Shown here: positions 1 through 14,435 of the stretch, piece after piece
Layout of the letters: each line of letters starts with the position of its first letter
Position numbering within the stretch: position 1 is the stretch's first letter
From: Camelus dromedarius
Lineage: Eukaryota
Assembly: GCF_036321535.1 (NCBI RefSeq)
Contig: NC_087436.1
Location: 6,262,001-6,326,000, forward strand
Length of the DNA: 64,000 bases
Direction: 5' to 3'
The notes under the pieces: generated by a model
The model's input: only the letters and a program-made list of their open reading frames with translations
Told to the model about the DNA's origin: nothing
Databases searched by the model: none
Position numbers and translations under genes: made by a program

Positions 1-370
1 ATCCACAGTTAGCCAAGTAAGACAGGAAACTGTTAAAAAATTCTCGAAGGCATTTCTGCACATCTTATATCAAGTTTTGTTCTGCATGCTCTCTTCAAGG
101 ATGTCAGTAGAGCAAACAGCTTTGGAAGGTATAAAGAGTGTCTCCTGCTGGGGTGGAAGACAGATTTGCTTCCTGACCAAGATAATAAAGATAATGTCAG
201 CTTCTGGGGCAAATGTTGGGCAGGTTTGCTAGCAACTCTTAGAAGATTGGGGTTTCCTAGGCTTAGAGTTTCTCAAAATGTACAAAAACCCACCATATAC
301 AGCATTCACTGGGGCCACCTCAAATCACCCAGTGGGACTCGAAGGGCAAAGCAACACGACTAGCAAAGTC
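1..370. mobile_element. Possible old LTR remnant
   Basis: Resembles ERVL-type MER LTRs from recall. The family is not established. Confidence 0.35.
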
Positions 371-1035
371 ATTTGTCTCTGAGCTGGAAGCCTTCTGTCT
401 TTTATGAACCTGTGGCTAGCTACGTGTCAGCTTACAGGAAGAGTAAGACCTCAGAGCCTTCACAGTTCTTGATAATAACCTCTTTATGCCTCAGTTTCCC
501 TGCCTGTAAAATGGAGAACGGTTGCCTACCTCACAGAGTAAGTGTGCTAATGAAATGGAATAATAATACACATACAGAGCTTCAAACCAGCCTGAGCTGC
601 TTAGCTGTATTTTCGTGAGTATTTGGTGATGCCTGATGACCAGCTTGCCAAACCAAGTAGCCTGCTCTCAGGCTCAGTTCTCACTGGGGGCTTCGCAGCA
701 CAGACACCAGAGGTCATCCCCTCCATCTCGGAGGTTCCCAATCCCACACTGACTCTGCACCAAACTGATTTTCTTCTTACATTTTTGTCTCCCTCTGGTT
801 CTTTGCTGAAATGTCACACACACACATGCACACATACACACAAGAATTAACATAAGGAGAATGGTTTGCACATGTGTGAAGGCAGTCCTAAATTGCCACA
901 AAATACTAATTAACGTGACAACTACAGAAAACCAGCTTTTCTAAAAAGGAGGAAGGAAGGTCATAATTGGAATGAGGAGTAGGGAGAGTCATGAGATCTT
1001 CACCAAAAGGAGATAAGAGTTATAAGAAACCTACA

Positions 1036-1597
1036 TTTACAACAGCCAAGACATAGAAACAACCTAAATATCCATCAACAGATGACTGGATAAAGAAGAT
1101 GTGGTATATTTATACAACAGAATACTATTCAGTCATAAAAAAATAAAAGCTAATGCCATTTGTAGTAACATGGATGGACCTGGAAATCATCATTCTAAGT
1201 GAAGTAAGCCAGAAAGAGAAAGAAAAATACCATATGATATCATTCATATGTAGAATTTCTGTTAGAAGGCACAAATAAACTTATTTACAAAACAGAAACA
1301 CAGACATAGAAAACAAACTTATGGTTACCAAGTGAGGAAGTGGGTGGGAAGGGATAAATTGGGAGTTCGAGATGTGCAGACACTAACTACTATATATAAA
1401 ATAGATAAACAACAAGTTTATACTGTGTAGCATAGGGAACTATATTCAATATCTTGTAACAAACTATAATGAAAAAGAACATGAAAACGAATCTATGTAT
1501 GTATATGTAGGACTGAAACATGATGCTGTACACCAGAAACTGACACAACATTGTAAACTGACTATACTTCAATTTTAAAAAATGTGAAAGGAAAAAA
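1036..1597 (+). mobile_element. 5'-truncated LINE-1 (ORF2 end + 3'UTR)
   Basis: L1 ORF2 C-terminal and 3'UTR sequence, A-rich tail, and a perfect 12-bp TSD aagaaacctaca (1024-1035, 1598-1609). Confidence 0.9.
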
Positions 1598-2150
1598 AAG
1601 AAACCTACAAAACATTGAATCACTCAATTATGTAGATGGCCAATATTTATAATTCTCTAATGTCTAGTTGTAATAAAATATTTGCAAAAAATTACTGGAA
1701 AGAAAACAGAGGAAACGGTGGCTGTAAGCTAGGTGGCCAAGTGACCATTGAAACAGTGTGGAATATCAGAAATAAGACAAACTTTGACTGTCAGCGGACC
1801 CCAGGAATCCCAGCCCCGACTTTCAGTAGTTGTAAGAACCTGGGTGAGTTACTTAACCTCACCAAACTTCAGTTTACTTACTTGCCTCCCAAGTCAGGTA
1901 AGAACACTCCCCTTGGAGAACCGTCGATGGGCTATCTCAATAAATTGTATCTATAATGGGTACGACTATTGCAGGAGTGAAGTGCTGAGGAAGTACTTTT
2001 TCAGCATGTAATGAAAGGGCTAACGGACACTTCTGAATATTTCCCGAAAGGATATAACATCTTGTGATGGGGTGCTATGCTTGCGAAATACAGCATTCCA
2101 GAACCTAAACCCTGGCTTCATAAAAACTCAAGGTGCAGAAAACTCCTTCA

Positions 2151-2504
<354 letters not shown>

Positions 2505-4494
2505 TTACAGCGTCACACTGTCACCTGCCACATGCCACAGTGTGATCAGATGACATGAATGGTCCTTTTATACCTCAGCGATGCTTCCTGGTACAAGTTT
2601 TATAACAGAACGTTAGCGCACGGTCCTTTGTCTTCTGAACATTTAATATTTTTATACCTCGATACTTCCTGATAGAAGTCTTGTAACACAAAACATTACT
2701 GTTCGACAAGGAGAGAAAAGTTTGGTTTTTTGGTTTTGTTTTTTTAAACAAGATGCCTTACAGATGTGGCAGGAAAAGACCACTAACCACCAATAACAAC
2801 GTCCTCTGGTTAATGCGGTTTTCTTCCACATCTAAAAGCAGCCGCCCTGAAAAAGGAAAGAATCCAGACATTTATAATTGTCTATTCAGTGTCTGAGTGG
2901 AGCTGCTCTCTATTTGTAAAAACAACTGTCTGACTTTCTAAGGCCACAGCATGATGTCAGGAAGAGAAGGGATTTTTAGAAGTCGCAAATTTAACAGTGA
3001 AATTGTATGGTTCACACCAGCAACTATAAACTCCAAAGAAAGAAAAAAGAAGCAGGAGGATTTTTTCTTCTTTTCTGATAGAAACAGTGGCGCTCCGGGT
3101 GATGGATTATTTATTCACTTACAGGTGAGGTCACAGCCTCACAAAGTTTAAGCAAATGTCATTTCTTCAATTGCCTGTGCATGGGTGACTTTTCCAAAAA
3201 CTGATCACTCAAATGTTGTTGCCTCATTCTGGACGGTTTAGAAATTTCATTGGTAAACTGAACATGAAATGACGCTTTAAACTTAAAACCAAAAGATCAC
3301 GCTCAAGCCCCCACGTCTGCCAAATAAAGTCACTGAGAGGTGAGGTAAGGTAAACCAGCTAAAAAAATCAGAATGGTGCCTTGGAAAAAAACAACAACTA
3401 AGAGACAAAGATTTGAAAACAAAACAAAACAAAACCCATTTAACTCATTCTTAGCAGGCCTGGACTACAGAAGACTGAAATTATGGCTGGAATGTCAAGA
3501 CATCACAGGGATTTTTAAAGCTCTTCTAAGTAACCTGAGAGGTTCTCATTCTATAACTGTTTGTTTTTTTGTTAAAGACGTTTATTTTACCCCCTTGCTG
3601 GTTTGCCTTCTCACTGAGTTCTTATCTCTGGTCTTTAATACAAGAAACAGTCACCCTCTCTCACCATCCTTGAATGTAATGTTACAGCAACCTCAATAAT
3701 TTCAATAGCATTCACTTAATCATTCTAATCACCTACTTTCCTGTTTTGTTCAAAATAAAAATCTTCCTCCTTTTAGCCTTCCAATTTAGGCCAGGGCACA
3801 CAGAATGTCCTTTAGATTGTGGAAAACAGGCTATAGGCCTTGGTGTACAATTAAGAGAAAAATAGAGAAGAAACATAAACCATAACTAAAGAACTTAATT
3901 GTTATCTTCATCCTTTTTGTTTCGTTTTATTTTAATAAATGATTTGGGGCTGCTGGGACCTAATTATCTTAGCTATTAGATAAACACAATTTTAAACGTA
4001 TATGCTCCAAATGGTATGCCAATTTAAAAAATAGTAATAATAAATTCGAGGTAAAAGCAGTCCATTGTGCAATGGGAGACATGTATAAACCAGCGTAACC
4101 AAATGTGCATGGAAGACACAACACGGCTTTCAAAGACATGGGCACTTCAGACTTATCCAGATCAACCAAGAGGCTTTTATCGGTCAGTGTTTTTGGAACA
4201 AAGTCGTCTGCAGATAGCGCTTTGCATTCTTAGGGTCAGGAAGCATTCAGAGGGAGTTGAAATCTGACACTGAACTTCAACAACACAAGTCAATACACGA
4301 GACAGGCCAGCATTCTCCTCAGCAATTCATACAAGGCCCTCAGAGAAATGAGGAAATGATGCACAAAAACAACTGAAACAGGTAACAACTTCTGGGCTGT
4401 TTCTCTTCCCTTTAGAAACGTTTGTTTCATATTTTAAAAGCAATTAAAAGTAAATCTACTCATTTTAGAAAATGTGGAAAATTCTTAAAATGTG

Positions 4495-5486
4495 TAGCTG
4501 AAAGATGACATGATACTACATATAGGAAATGCTAACGCTCCCACCCAAAATAAAAAAAAAAAACTATTAGAACTAAAATATGAATTCAGTAAAGTTGCAG
4601 GATATAAGATTAATATATAGATATCTGTTGCTTTCTTATATACTAAAAATGAACTTTCAGAAAGAGAAATTAAAGAAACAAACTCATTTGCAATCATATC
4701 AAAAAGAATAAAACACCTAGGAATAAACTTAACCAAGGAGGAGAATGACCTACATGCTGAAAACTATAAAACACTGATGAAGGAATTGGAAGATTATACA
4801 AGGGGATGGAAAGATACCCCATGCTCTTGGACTGGAAGAATTAATATTGTTAAAATGGCCACACTACCCAAGGCAATCTGCAGATTTAATGCAATCCTTA
4901 TCAAATTACCCAGGATATTTTTCACAGAAGTAGCCTAACAAATAATCCTAAAATTTATATGGAACCACAAAAGGCCCTGAATTGCCAAAACAACCTTGAG
5001 AAAAAGGAACCCAGCTGGAGGTATCTTGCTCCCTGACTTCAGACTATACCACAAAGCTGTGGTAGTCAAAATATTGTTGTACTGGCACAAAAACAGACAC
5101 AGAGATCAATGGAACAGAAAGCAGCCCTGAAATAAACCCACACACCTACAGCAAATTAATCCATGACAAAGGAGGCAAGAATACACAAAGGAGAAAAGAC
5201 AGGCTCTTCAACACGTGGTATTGAGAAAACTATACAGCTACATGGAAAAGAATGAGATTAGAACACTTCCTGATACCATATACAAAAGTAAACTCAAAAT
5301 GAATTAAAGACCTAAATGTATAACCTGAAACCATCAAAATCCTAGAAAAGAACATAGGTAGAACACTCTTTGACATAAATCATAGCCCTATGATTTGAAC
5401 TTGTTTCCTAAGGCAAGAAAAGAAGGAAGGAAGGAAGGAAGGAAGGAAGGAAGGAAGGAAGGAAGGAAGGAAGGAAGGAAAAGAAA

Positions 5487-5560
<74 letters not shown>

Positions 5561-6725
5561 AAGAAACAAAGAAACAAAGAAACAAAGAAAGAAAGGAAGA
5601 AAAGAAAGAAAAGAAACAAAGGAAGGAAGAAAGAAAGAGGGGAGGGAGGAAGGAAGGAAGAAAATAAACAAAAGGGACCTAATGAAACTTAAAAGCTTTT
5701 GCACAGAAAAGGAAACCATTGACCAAACAAAAAGACAACCTACTGAACAGCTTATACAACTCAACATCAAAAAAGCAAAGAACCCTTAAAAATGCAAAGA
5801 AGAACTGAATAGACATTTTTCCAAATGACTTACAGATGGCCAGCCAGTGCATGAAAAGATGCTCAACCTTGCTAATCATCAGAGAAATGCAAAGCAAACC
5901 ACAATGAGGTATCACCTCACACCTGTCAGAATGGCTATCATCAAAAAGACTGAAAATAACAAATGTTGATGAGGTTGTGGAGAAAATGAGACCCGCACAC
6001 ACTGTTGGTAAGATTGGAAATTGGTGCAGCCACTATGGGAAGCAATATGGAGGTTCCTCAAAAAACTAAAAATAGAGCTACCATATGATCCAGCAAGTCT
6101 ACTCCTGGGTATGTATCTGAAGAAAACAAAAACACTAATTTGAAAAGATACATGCATTCCTATGTTCACAGCAGCATTATTACAATAGCCAAGATAAAGA
6201 AGCAACTTAAGTGCCAATCAATAGATGAATGGATAAAGAAGATATGGTGTATATATACACAGTGGAATATTATTCATCCATAAAAAAAGAATGAAAAACT
6301 GCCCTTTGCCAGAACATGGAGAAACCTACAGAATACTATGCTTAGTAAAATAAGTCAGACAAAGACAAACACTCTGTTATCAATTACATGTAGAATCTAA
6401 AAAATAAAACAAACCAATGTATACAATAAAACAGAAACAGATCCATGGACATAGAGAACAAAGTTGTGGTTACCAGTGGGAAGAGAAAGAGGGAGGGGTG
6501 AGATAGGGGCAGGGGACTGACAGTCACAAACTACTATGTATAAAATAAACAACAAAGATATAGTATACAGCACAGGAAAATATAGTCATAGTTTGTAATA
6601 ACTTTGTTATGTACTTTATTAAATGGAGTATAAAACTATAGCAATATGGAACCACTATGTTGTAACTGGAACTAATATAATATTATACTCAACTATATCC
6701 CAATACAAAAAAGAAAAAAAAATTA
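4495..6725 (+). mobile_element. Degenerate 5'-truncated LINE-1 (from the RT motif region to the 3'UTR and poly(A))
   Basis: Starts near an ADDM-like motif (gatgacatg), continues as frameshifted ORF2 homology, and ends in an A-tail at about 6706-6722. It contains the 5415-5665 microsatellite. Confidence 0.88.
5415..5665 (+). repeat. Compound (GGAA)n/(GAAA)n purine microsatellite within L1
   Basis: Directly visible. It accounts for the spurious low-complexity ORFs at 5380-5770. Confidence 0.95.
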
Positions 6726-6991
6726 AAAATTCATAGCCAAGAAAACAACAATATCGACAATCTCCTATCCTAGTAATTGGTTCTATTATTTATATATTTA
6801 CATCTGGCATTTTCCCATCCCTCTCTTTCCGACCTGGAAAAGTAAACTGTCTTAAGAAATTTACATACATACATACATACATGCCAGATTTTCAGCTGTT
6901 TTTCTGTTTTGTTTTGTTTTAGTTTCATAAACCTTACACTTCCACCAGGGGAAAGGCAAAAATTATGCAATGAAAATAAACTATTTGGAAT

Positions 6992-6994
<3 letters not shown>

Positions 6995-7050
<56 letters not shown>
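6995..7050. repeat. (TA)28 microsatellite
   Basis: Directly visible. Confidence 0.95.
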
Positions 7051-7055
<5 letters not shown>

Positions 7056-7133
7056 TGTCATAATTGTTTCACTTAATGTTACATCATAAACATTTCTCTC
7101 ACAATTAAATATTTTTAAACAGTATCACTTTAA

Positions 7134-7371
7134 TGCGGGAGGGATGAATTTGGAATTTGGGATACAAACTATCGTATACAAAATAGATGAACAACAAGGG
7201 TCTACTGTACAGCACAGGGAACTGTATTCAGTATCTTGTAATAAACTATAATTGAAAAGAATCTGAAAAACAATATATATTTACATATATATTTATAAGT
7301 GTATCTCTTTACTGTAGACCTGAAGCACTGAAAATCAACTGTACTTCAATAAAAAATAAATAATAAATAAT
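7134..7371 (+). mobile_element. Short LINE-1 3'UTR fragment
   Basis: L1 3'UTR with an (AAAT)n tail. The 17-bp TSD aaa[c/t]agtat[c/g]actttaa is at 7117-7133 and 7372-7388. Confidence 0.85.
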
Positions 7372-7407
7372 AAATAGTATGACTTTAACTGTGATATAAT
7401 AGTCTAG

Positions 7408-7750
7408 CCTAGTGGTCAGCAAACCTTGTCAAGGGAAGACAATGAGTGTTTTCGGTTTGAGGGCCATACCATCTCAACTAGCAAGTACTCAACTCCATCG
7501 TGATACAAAAGCAGTCAAACAATATATAGACAAATGGCGGTGACTACATTCCAATAAAACTTTGTTATAGACAGTGAAATATACATATTATAGAATTTTT
7601 AAGCATTACTGGAATATTCTTAACCTTTTGATTTTTTTTTTCAATCATCTAAAACTATAGAAACCATTGGTAGCTCACAGACCACGCAAAACTGGGCTGC
7701 AGGAGGTGAGGGGCATTTTTCACCCACGGACCATAGAGAATCAACCCCTG
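7408..7750. mobile_element. MER58-like hAT-Charlie DNA transposon remnant
   Basis: Ends resemble MER58 terminal inverted repeats (gtggtcagcaaac ... caacccctg), with an internal ccaataaaacttt motif. Family assigned from recall. Confidence 0.55.
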
Positions 7751-10700
7751 AGCTACCGATGAGTAAATTGTATTTCATTTACCATTTCTCTCCTTTAAAT
7801 CCAAAAACATTTTGAATGATACATTTTCCATTAAATTATTTTAATAATTGTTCTTCAACTGCCAAAGGGAGTTTTCAGCTGATAGGAGTAATTGTCTTTC
7901 AGCTAATATCATCTGTTTTCCCTCACATCCCTCTCCCCTCAGCAAAATATGCTGACTGTCCCAGAAAGACTTTCTGTCCTGCCCTGCCTGGCGTCCGTCA
8001 CTGCAGGAAGGCGGGATTCGGGGAAGCAGGGGCGTGGCAGTCCTCAGGCTGAGCCAGGTCTTCTTCAAGCATCCTTGCAAATTTCCCTTTTAGTGCTAAC
8101 ATCAGAGCTATGACCACTACTGTGAGGGGAATTTCACTTTTTATAAAATATGGCTGTTAACAGAAGTAAATGAACTCTGATCCATCTGAAAGGATGGCAG
8201 AAAAACAACCTCGGAAAGCAGGAAACTGGTTAAAGCAATTCACCTGAAGGGTTTCAGAGACGAGGAGCATTCATCTCTCTGCATCCAGGTGTGTCAAAAT
8301 GATGCAGGACTGTCCTCTCTAAAGACCTCGTGATGGTGAAGAAATACAATTCTAACTGTCAGAGTGGGGAGAGAAGGTGGGGTTTTAAAGATATGTGGGT
8401 GTTCACGTGTATTAAAGCTTATGCAGCTGTCTTTGAAAAGATGAGACTTGCCAGTAAAACTTATCTTTTCCCAAAATCGGAATATTTCCTCTGAATTTTG
8501 ATGTTCTCCCAAGTCATTTTTTATTCAAAAGCACAAAGAGGACATTCTCTTGAGAAGATGAATGTGAAAATTCACTGAGAATGAGTGCTACACACAGCCG
8601 CCTCTGCACGGATTTATTAAGTGCCCCACACTTTGAACACAGGGTGACAGGTTTTGTGGAACCACAGGTGAATGCTAAGCATGCTGGGTGGAGCTGTGAA
8701 TGTCTGTCTGCATTTATCACTGAGCAAAAATAAGTCAAAACATCCTGAGCTCTGAAGTCAAAGGTCTGTTCTATCACATGGGCCAAGTTCCAAGACTTCT
8801 CGTGAACAAGACAAAAAGGAAAGTGACAATTCAGCTCAGAGCCCTTCATTAAAAATAACTCTAAAACCCATTCGAGAAAACAGAGACCCGTCACAACTTG
8901 AGGCTCATCTTTGCTATGGGAAGGAAACTCTGTCATGTTCCAACCGTCCGACGCACTGAAGGAAGATCTTAACATTGCAAATCTCTAATCTGCTGAAATC
9001 ACGTGCTGATGTGGGTGTGTCTCCAGTGACTGTGTGGCAGGCGTCTGGCTGTGAATGATCCCCTAAGTACTATCTGCTCTGTTTTTCGACAGTGCTTATC
9101 ACAGTAGGGTTTTGGCCATTAAAAGCACTAGACCAAAGCGAAAAAAACAGGTAAGATCTCTTGGCTTAGAGTTGGTGATGGTGAACCAGTTAGTCAATGT
9201 GAGGGAGGGCAAAACAGGGTGCAGGATGCTGTGACAGCCTTGAGAGGGCAGGAAATGTGACGGATGAGATGAGACGTTACTTCTGCTCAGGGTTTTCATC
9301 ACGGTTAATCCACTTCTTCCAGCAACATGTGTTTACCATCGTCCCTCAATATCTGGACCCACTTGGTTGCTGGGTTTCAGACAGAAAGAATTCAGAGTGA
9401 GGCATGCCAGACATGGTGGTCCTACGAGATCCCAGTCCCAGGCAAGACCCGGGCTGCAGCTCGGAGTCTCGTAGAAACAGACAAGCCTGCGTGTGATGGC
9501 GATCGAGCTAAAGGTTTGCCAGTTGAAGGGTGTTTTGAAGGGAGCAAGGGAGGGACTAAAACAGAGACTGAGCTCTCAGCATAAAGCCAAGAAACAAAGG
9601 ATTGCCGAGCCCCGGAACAGTGAGGTGGTGAGCTGGGGCAATAATAGGAGAAGAACCTTCTCTGAAGAGGAGCTGAGCGTGTGGCGTGGGGTCAAAGAAG
9701 AAATCACAGGCGTTTATTCTATTCTGGCCCATGTCTTTGGCCTCCCCAGACTCAAGCCCAGTCCTCCAACCACCCTGACCAAGACAGCGAGTTCCTCAAG
9801 GCATGAAAAGACCATTTTCCAAACCTGCCCTAGCAGGGCTGTGGGATATCCATGGAAACAGTGAAGATACAGCACTGCTGAATATTAGAAAGAACCAACC
9901 TCTGTTCAGTTCTTAAGGGGAGGCAGTAGAGAGGCAGAATTCCATAGATTTCATATGTTGTAGATTCTAACCAGCCAAGTCCTGGAAGTAAGGACTTTTC
10001 TTAGGAACGGATTTCTAAGTGATTTAGAATACTGTTCTTCTAACAAAAAAAAAATGTATTTAGTTACCTTCCTAACTGTTTTTCACTTCATAACTTGCCT
10101 TCCCGAGGTTGGACTGAGTTAAAATAATCTCCACATTTCCTCCAGAATTGGCTAAGTGTGAAGCACTTGTGACTTCCTCCATCACAAACGACTCAAACGA
10201 CCTGGACCGTTAGTTCCACTTTACGAACAAAGCCACGCTTTGTTCTGAACCTTTGACTAATGGACGGGAACTTCTGCTTTCTAGGTCTGCCCTGGACTTC
10301 CGCTCTGTCAGTGGAAACTCTCAGACTCTTCCTGTCTCAATATTCCATGTAGAAAAACAGGAACCAACCCTGACCTTGACTTCAGAGGGTAGGGATGATG
10401 TGGTCACTGCCAGGCTCTACAAACAGTCGCATTTTGCCAATGAAGTCTTGATCACATCAGGGTGCCCCGGCCCTGGGCTGCTCAGCGTTTATTAATGTGA
10501 ATGAAGAGGCCACGAATTCCTGGCCAGAGTGACCTTTACCATGTCACCCCTCTTCTTCAAACCCTTCAGTGATTTCCCATTACAGCTGAGATGAAGTCCC
10601 CTGTCCTCACATGCCATAAAACCCACCCACTCCCTTCTCACCGCCCCCCCAAGCCCAATCTCCTTGTTTCAGAACTGTTGGCAGTTTCCCCAGCACACTC

Positions 10701-12064
10701 TGCCTTCACAGGTTTCTCACCCATCAATTCTCTCCTCCCTGTCAGTACCCACTGCGTCCCTCACTCCATCCACGGTGACTTTTAAGAACCAATTCTGACT
10801 TTACCTCTTCTCAAACTTTTTTTAATCCCCCTACCCACCCACCGATGCACACACATTCTGGACCAAATTCCCCCTCTCTGTGCCTATAGGATTCCCTGAA
10901 AATATCTCCACTGAGGTCTTTATCCTGCACTTCTTGTCTGCTTGGCTGTCTCCTACCCTCCAAGCTGGGAGCTGTCTGAGAATCACCGTTGGGTCTCCAA
11001 CTCCTGACATAACCAGAGCAAGCTTTCAAAACTTCTGATGAATGACTGAATGAAGGTTCAGAATCCCCAGTTTTCACCTCTAAGCCCTTAGGCTCTAAGG
11101 AATGGTCAGTGGGTCCTGAATAACAGTGTGGTTGGTTGAGCAGCGGCTCCAAGAAAAATAAAAGGCTCTGAAAACTGTCCCAGCAAGATTATGATGGATG
11201 TCTCCTGGGGAAGCATGACTTGCATAAATATTTCTCAACCTGTCCCCTGTATCCCAATAAAAATGAAAACAATTTAAAAAAAAAAGTTTGGTTGGTGTGA
11301 CCTCCTCGTAAGCTGGGCTTTCACTGTCTTCACTCTAAACTGAGATTGAGAAGGATTGAGAAGGATCAGAGAGACACTCGAGAAATAGAGGTGGTGTGTG
11401 CAGGGGTTTCCACACCCTCCTTCTACCCTGCTTGTGCTCAACAATCCACTCTTCTGTCTCCACCGTTCTTTGAGGCACTAGAGTGATGAAAACAAGAGGT
11501 GGAAAGACCATTGCCTCTCTCCTCCGGACCCTGAAACGCCGTCATGAGACGGGAACACTTAAGGCATCACGGCTTCATTCAGGAATCAGACCAAAAGGCA
11601 GTAGGGGCAGTGGGTTCCCATGGGGATGCGTGGTTACCTGGGAACCGCAGCCCACAACCGCTGGGGCTGACAAGTGATGTGGGAAATGGGAGATGGTGCA
11701 GACAGCGCAAAGAACAGGGCTGTGGAACCCTTCTGACCCACGCTGTCGACATCCCAGCCCCGCCACCCACGACCTGCGGGCCTCTGGAGGACATGCGTCG
11801 CTCTCCCAGCCTCACTCTCCCAATAGGAAATCTCTCCAAGAACATCGGATGGGCGCCATCATAGATATTTCATGCGTAGCAGCTCACTTAGTTCTCACGG
11901 CTCTGGAGCTAAGTGCTGTCATCAGGGTCATCGTTTTCATTATCATCATCCCTGTCGCACTAATGAAGGCATAAGGCACAGAGAGGTTAAGTTAGTTCTC
12001 CCAGGTCACACAGTGATCGAGTGGTGGAACCAGGAATCAAATTCAGGGAGTCTAGACTGCCAGT

Positions 12065-12460
12065 TGTGATGAGCCGAACTGTGTTCCCCAAAATGCGTAT
12101 GTTGATGCCCCAACTGCGGCACCTCTGAATGTGACTGTGTTTGGAGAAAGGGCCTCTGAAGAGACAATTTAGTTAAAATGAGGCTGTTAGAGGGGGCCCT
12201 CAGCCCATCTGTCCAGCGTCCTTCTTGTAAGAAGAGGAGATTTGGAAACACAAAGGGACATGAGGGGTGTGTGTGCACAGAGGAGAGGTCGGATGAGGAC
12301 TCAGGGAGAAGGCGGCCAAGGAGAGAGGCCTCAGAAGAAACCAAATCTGCCAAAATCTTGATCTTGGACTTCCAGCCTCCAGAAGTGTGAGAAAGAAATG
12401 TCTGCCGTTCCAGCTTCCCAGCCTGGGGTTCCGTGACGGCAGCCCTCGCAAACTGACACG
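12065..12460 (+). mobile_element. MaLR (MLT1-type) solo LTR
   Basis: Motifs tgtgatg...aactgtgttcccc, gaatgtgactgtgtttggaga and cttggacttccagcctccaga, ending aaactgacac. Confidence 0.75.
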
Positions 12461-14294
12461 CCGGTCCACGTTCTTAACTGCCAAGCTTTTTGAATTAGAA
12501 AAGATTCAGCTTCTCTCCAGGTTTAGAACAGTGTTTCACGCAGAGGAAGCAAATGCTATCAGTTACAATCGAATTCACCCCAAACTTCAATGTTTGCCCG
12601 TTAACGGAGGTCAGCATCTCTGCTGTCCTTGAACTAACCCAGAGACAGCAACAGATTCAGTCCTGCTGGAAGGGTCATGACCTTGGGCTCAGGCTGGTGC
12701 TGAGTGAATCTCGGAATCCGTGGCCCATATGAACATCCCCTCCAGGCCACTGAACTCTCACGTGGTCCAATAGTGTCAGCTCCACAGGGACAAGGATTCT
12801 GGATGGTTCTGTCCACTGATGTAGACCCCAGTCACTAGAGGAGTGGCTGGCACCCAGCAGGTGCTCGGTAAAATATTTCTTAAAAGAAGAAAAGATCAAT
12901 ATGATACTGTGAAAGGGGACAGATTGCTTGGAGCAAAGAACGAGCATTTTTCAGCTGTGAGCCGTGTGGCAACCACTACCCACTGTCCCCTCTGCCCCAG
13001 CCCCGTGTGAGGTTAGGGACACATTCCAGAGGGACAGCAGAGAAGGTCACCCCATGCCCCCACTTTGCCGAGGAAGGTGTGCAGTGAGCAAACCAGAGGA
13101 CCGTGCAGCCGAGCGCTCGCTGCTTGGAGCCTACGCTCAGCAAACTTTGTTCACTGATGAATGAAAGTATTAAGCTGACCAGCTCAATTTGATCACTAAA
13201 GAAATACCCTTAGGGCTTTTCTGATAAAGAACACAGTGTGCTTTCAACTCGATTTTCAAAAATAAGACATGATTCCTATACTCTCACATCAATATTTTAA
13301 GAAAGTTTGCACACATGTCCCAGATTTCTAGGATTTTGGAGTCAGGGTGTTTCCAAGTTGTGTGGGCAACTGGGTTATGCTCACAACTCCTTGCAAAATG
13401 CCTCTGATCTTATCTGAGAACCTGGGACAACATGAATTGCACACCTGCCATCCCCCTGCCCCGGCCACTGCACCATCAGCCGACAACTCCCAGTGCAGCT
13501 CACATGGACTCAAAAAGAGAGTGGAAAATACACAGTGTATTTCTCCTGCTTTAGAGTAAGACGAGGCAGCACAAGTTGAAGAACAGTGGACAACGTGCAA
13601 TCTCTGATGAATTTAAATTCATCAGGAAGTTGGTGAGGTGCCTGCAGTTTGTCATCCAAGCAGCCTTGACACACAGAATTCCTAGAACAAGGCTACTTTA
13701 ATTCAGTATGACAGCTCTGTGGCAAGAAAGCAACATCTTAAAAATGAAGCACGCATAATGCATCTTCCATGCTGGGCATGAGAAATAGCATAACACTTAA
13801 GTGCTACCAAAATGGTAGCCTTTGGGATTCATGCACGGGGCTGCTCGGATTGCTGGTAGGCTTGGCCATGCTGCTAAATGGAAGACCTTGGAGAGGTGCT
13901 AGGGTTCCTATGCCCCTGGCTTTGACATGGTTCATCTTGTCTTAGATAAATATTTCAGAAGATTTTGTTTAACAAAAATTTATCTGAAGGTACCAGCACC
14001 ACATAGTCTTTGGTGACCTTTGCAAGGATTGATGATTTTCACTAAGACAGTTTGGCAAGAAATGCATTACTATGCTGAGCCATATTTATATACATATGAT
14101 TGTTTGTGGTAAAATAAGAAAATCTGGTAAGCATTGGCTTGAATTTAAACAACCACCACCACCCTTGGAGCAGTGTTCAGAGTAGTTATCATAATTACTT
14201 CCCTGAGTAAAAATATTACACTATGTTGTTGAGTTGGAAAAAGAAGTTAAATAGAAATATTGGCACAATGGTAAATCAGAAATCATTGTGTTAA

Positions 14295-14435
14295 TTTTTT
14301 GTTGTTGTTTTGTTTGTTTCGGGGGGGGGAGATAATTTATTTTATGTATTTATTTTTAGTGGAGGTATCAGGGATTGAACCCAGGACCCTGTGCACGCTA
14401 AGCCCATGCTCTACAACTTGAGCTATACCCTCCCC
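14295..14435 (-). mobile_element. Vic-1-type tRNA(Ala)-derived SINE
   Basis: Minus strand reads ggggagggtatagctcaag...gggttcaatccc (A and B boxes) plus an A-rich tail. TSD a[a/c]tc[a/g]ttgtgttaa at 14281-14294 and 14436-14449. Confidence 0.85.

Noticed and set aside
5380..5770. Low-complexity K/E/R and F/L/S ORFs
   Set aside because: They are translations of the (GGAA)n/(GAAA)n microsatellite.
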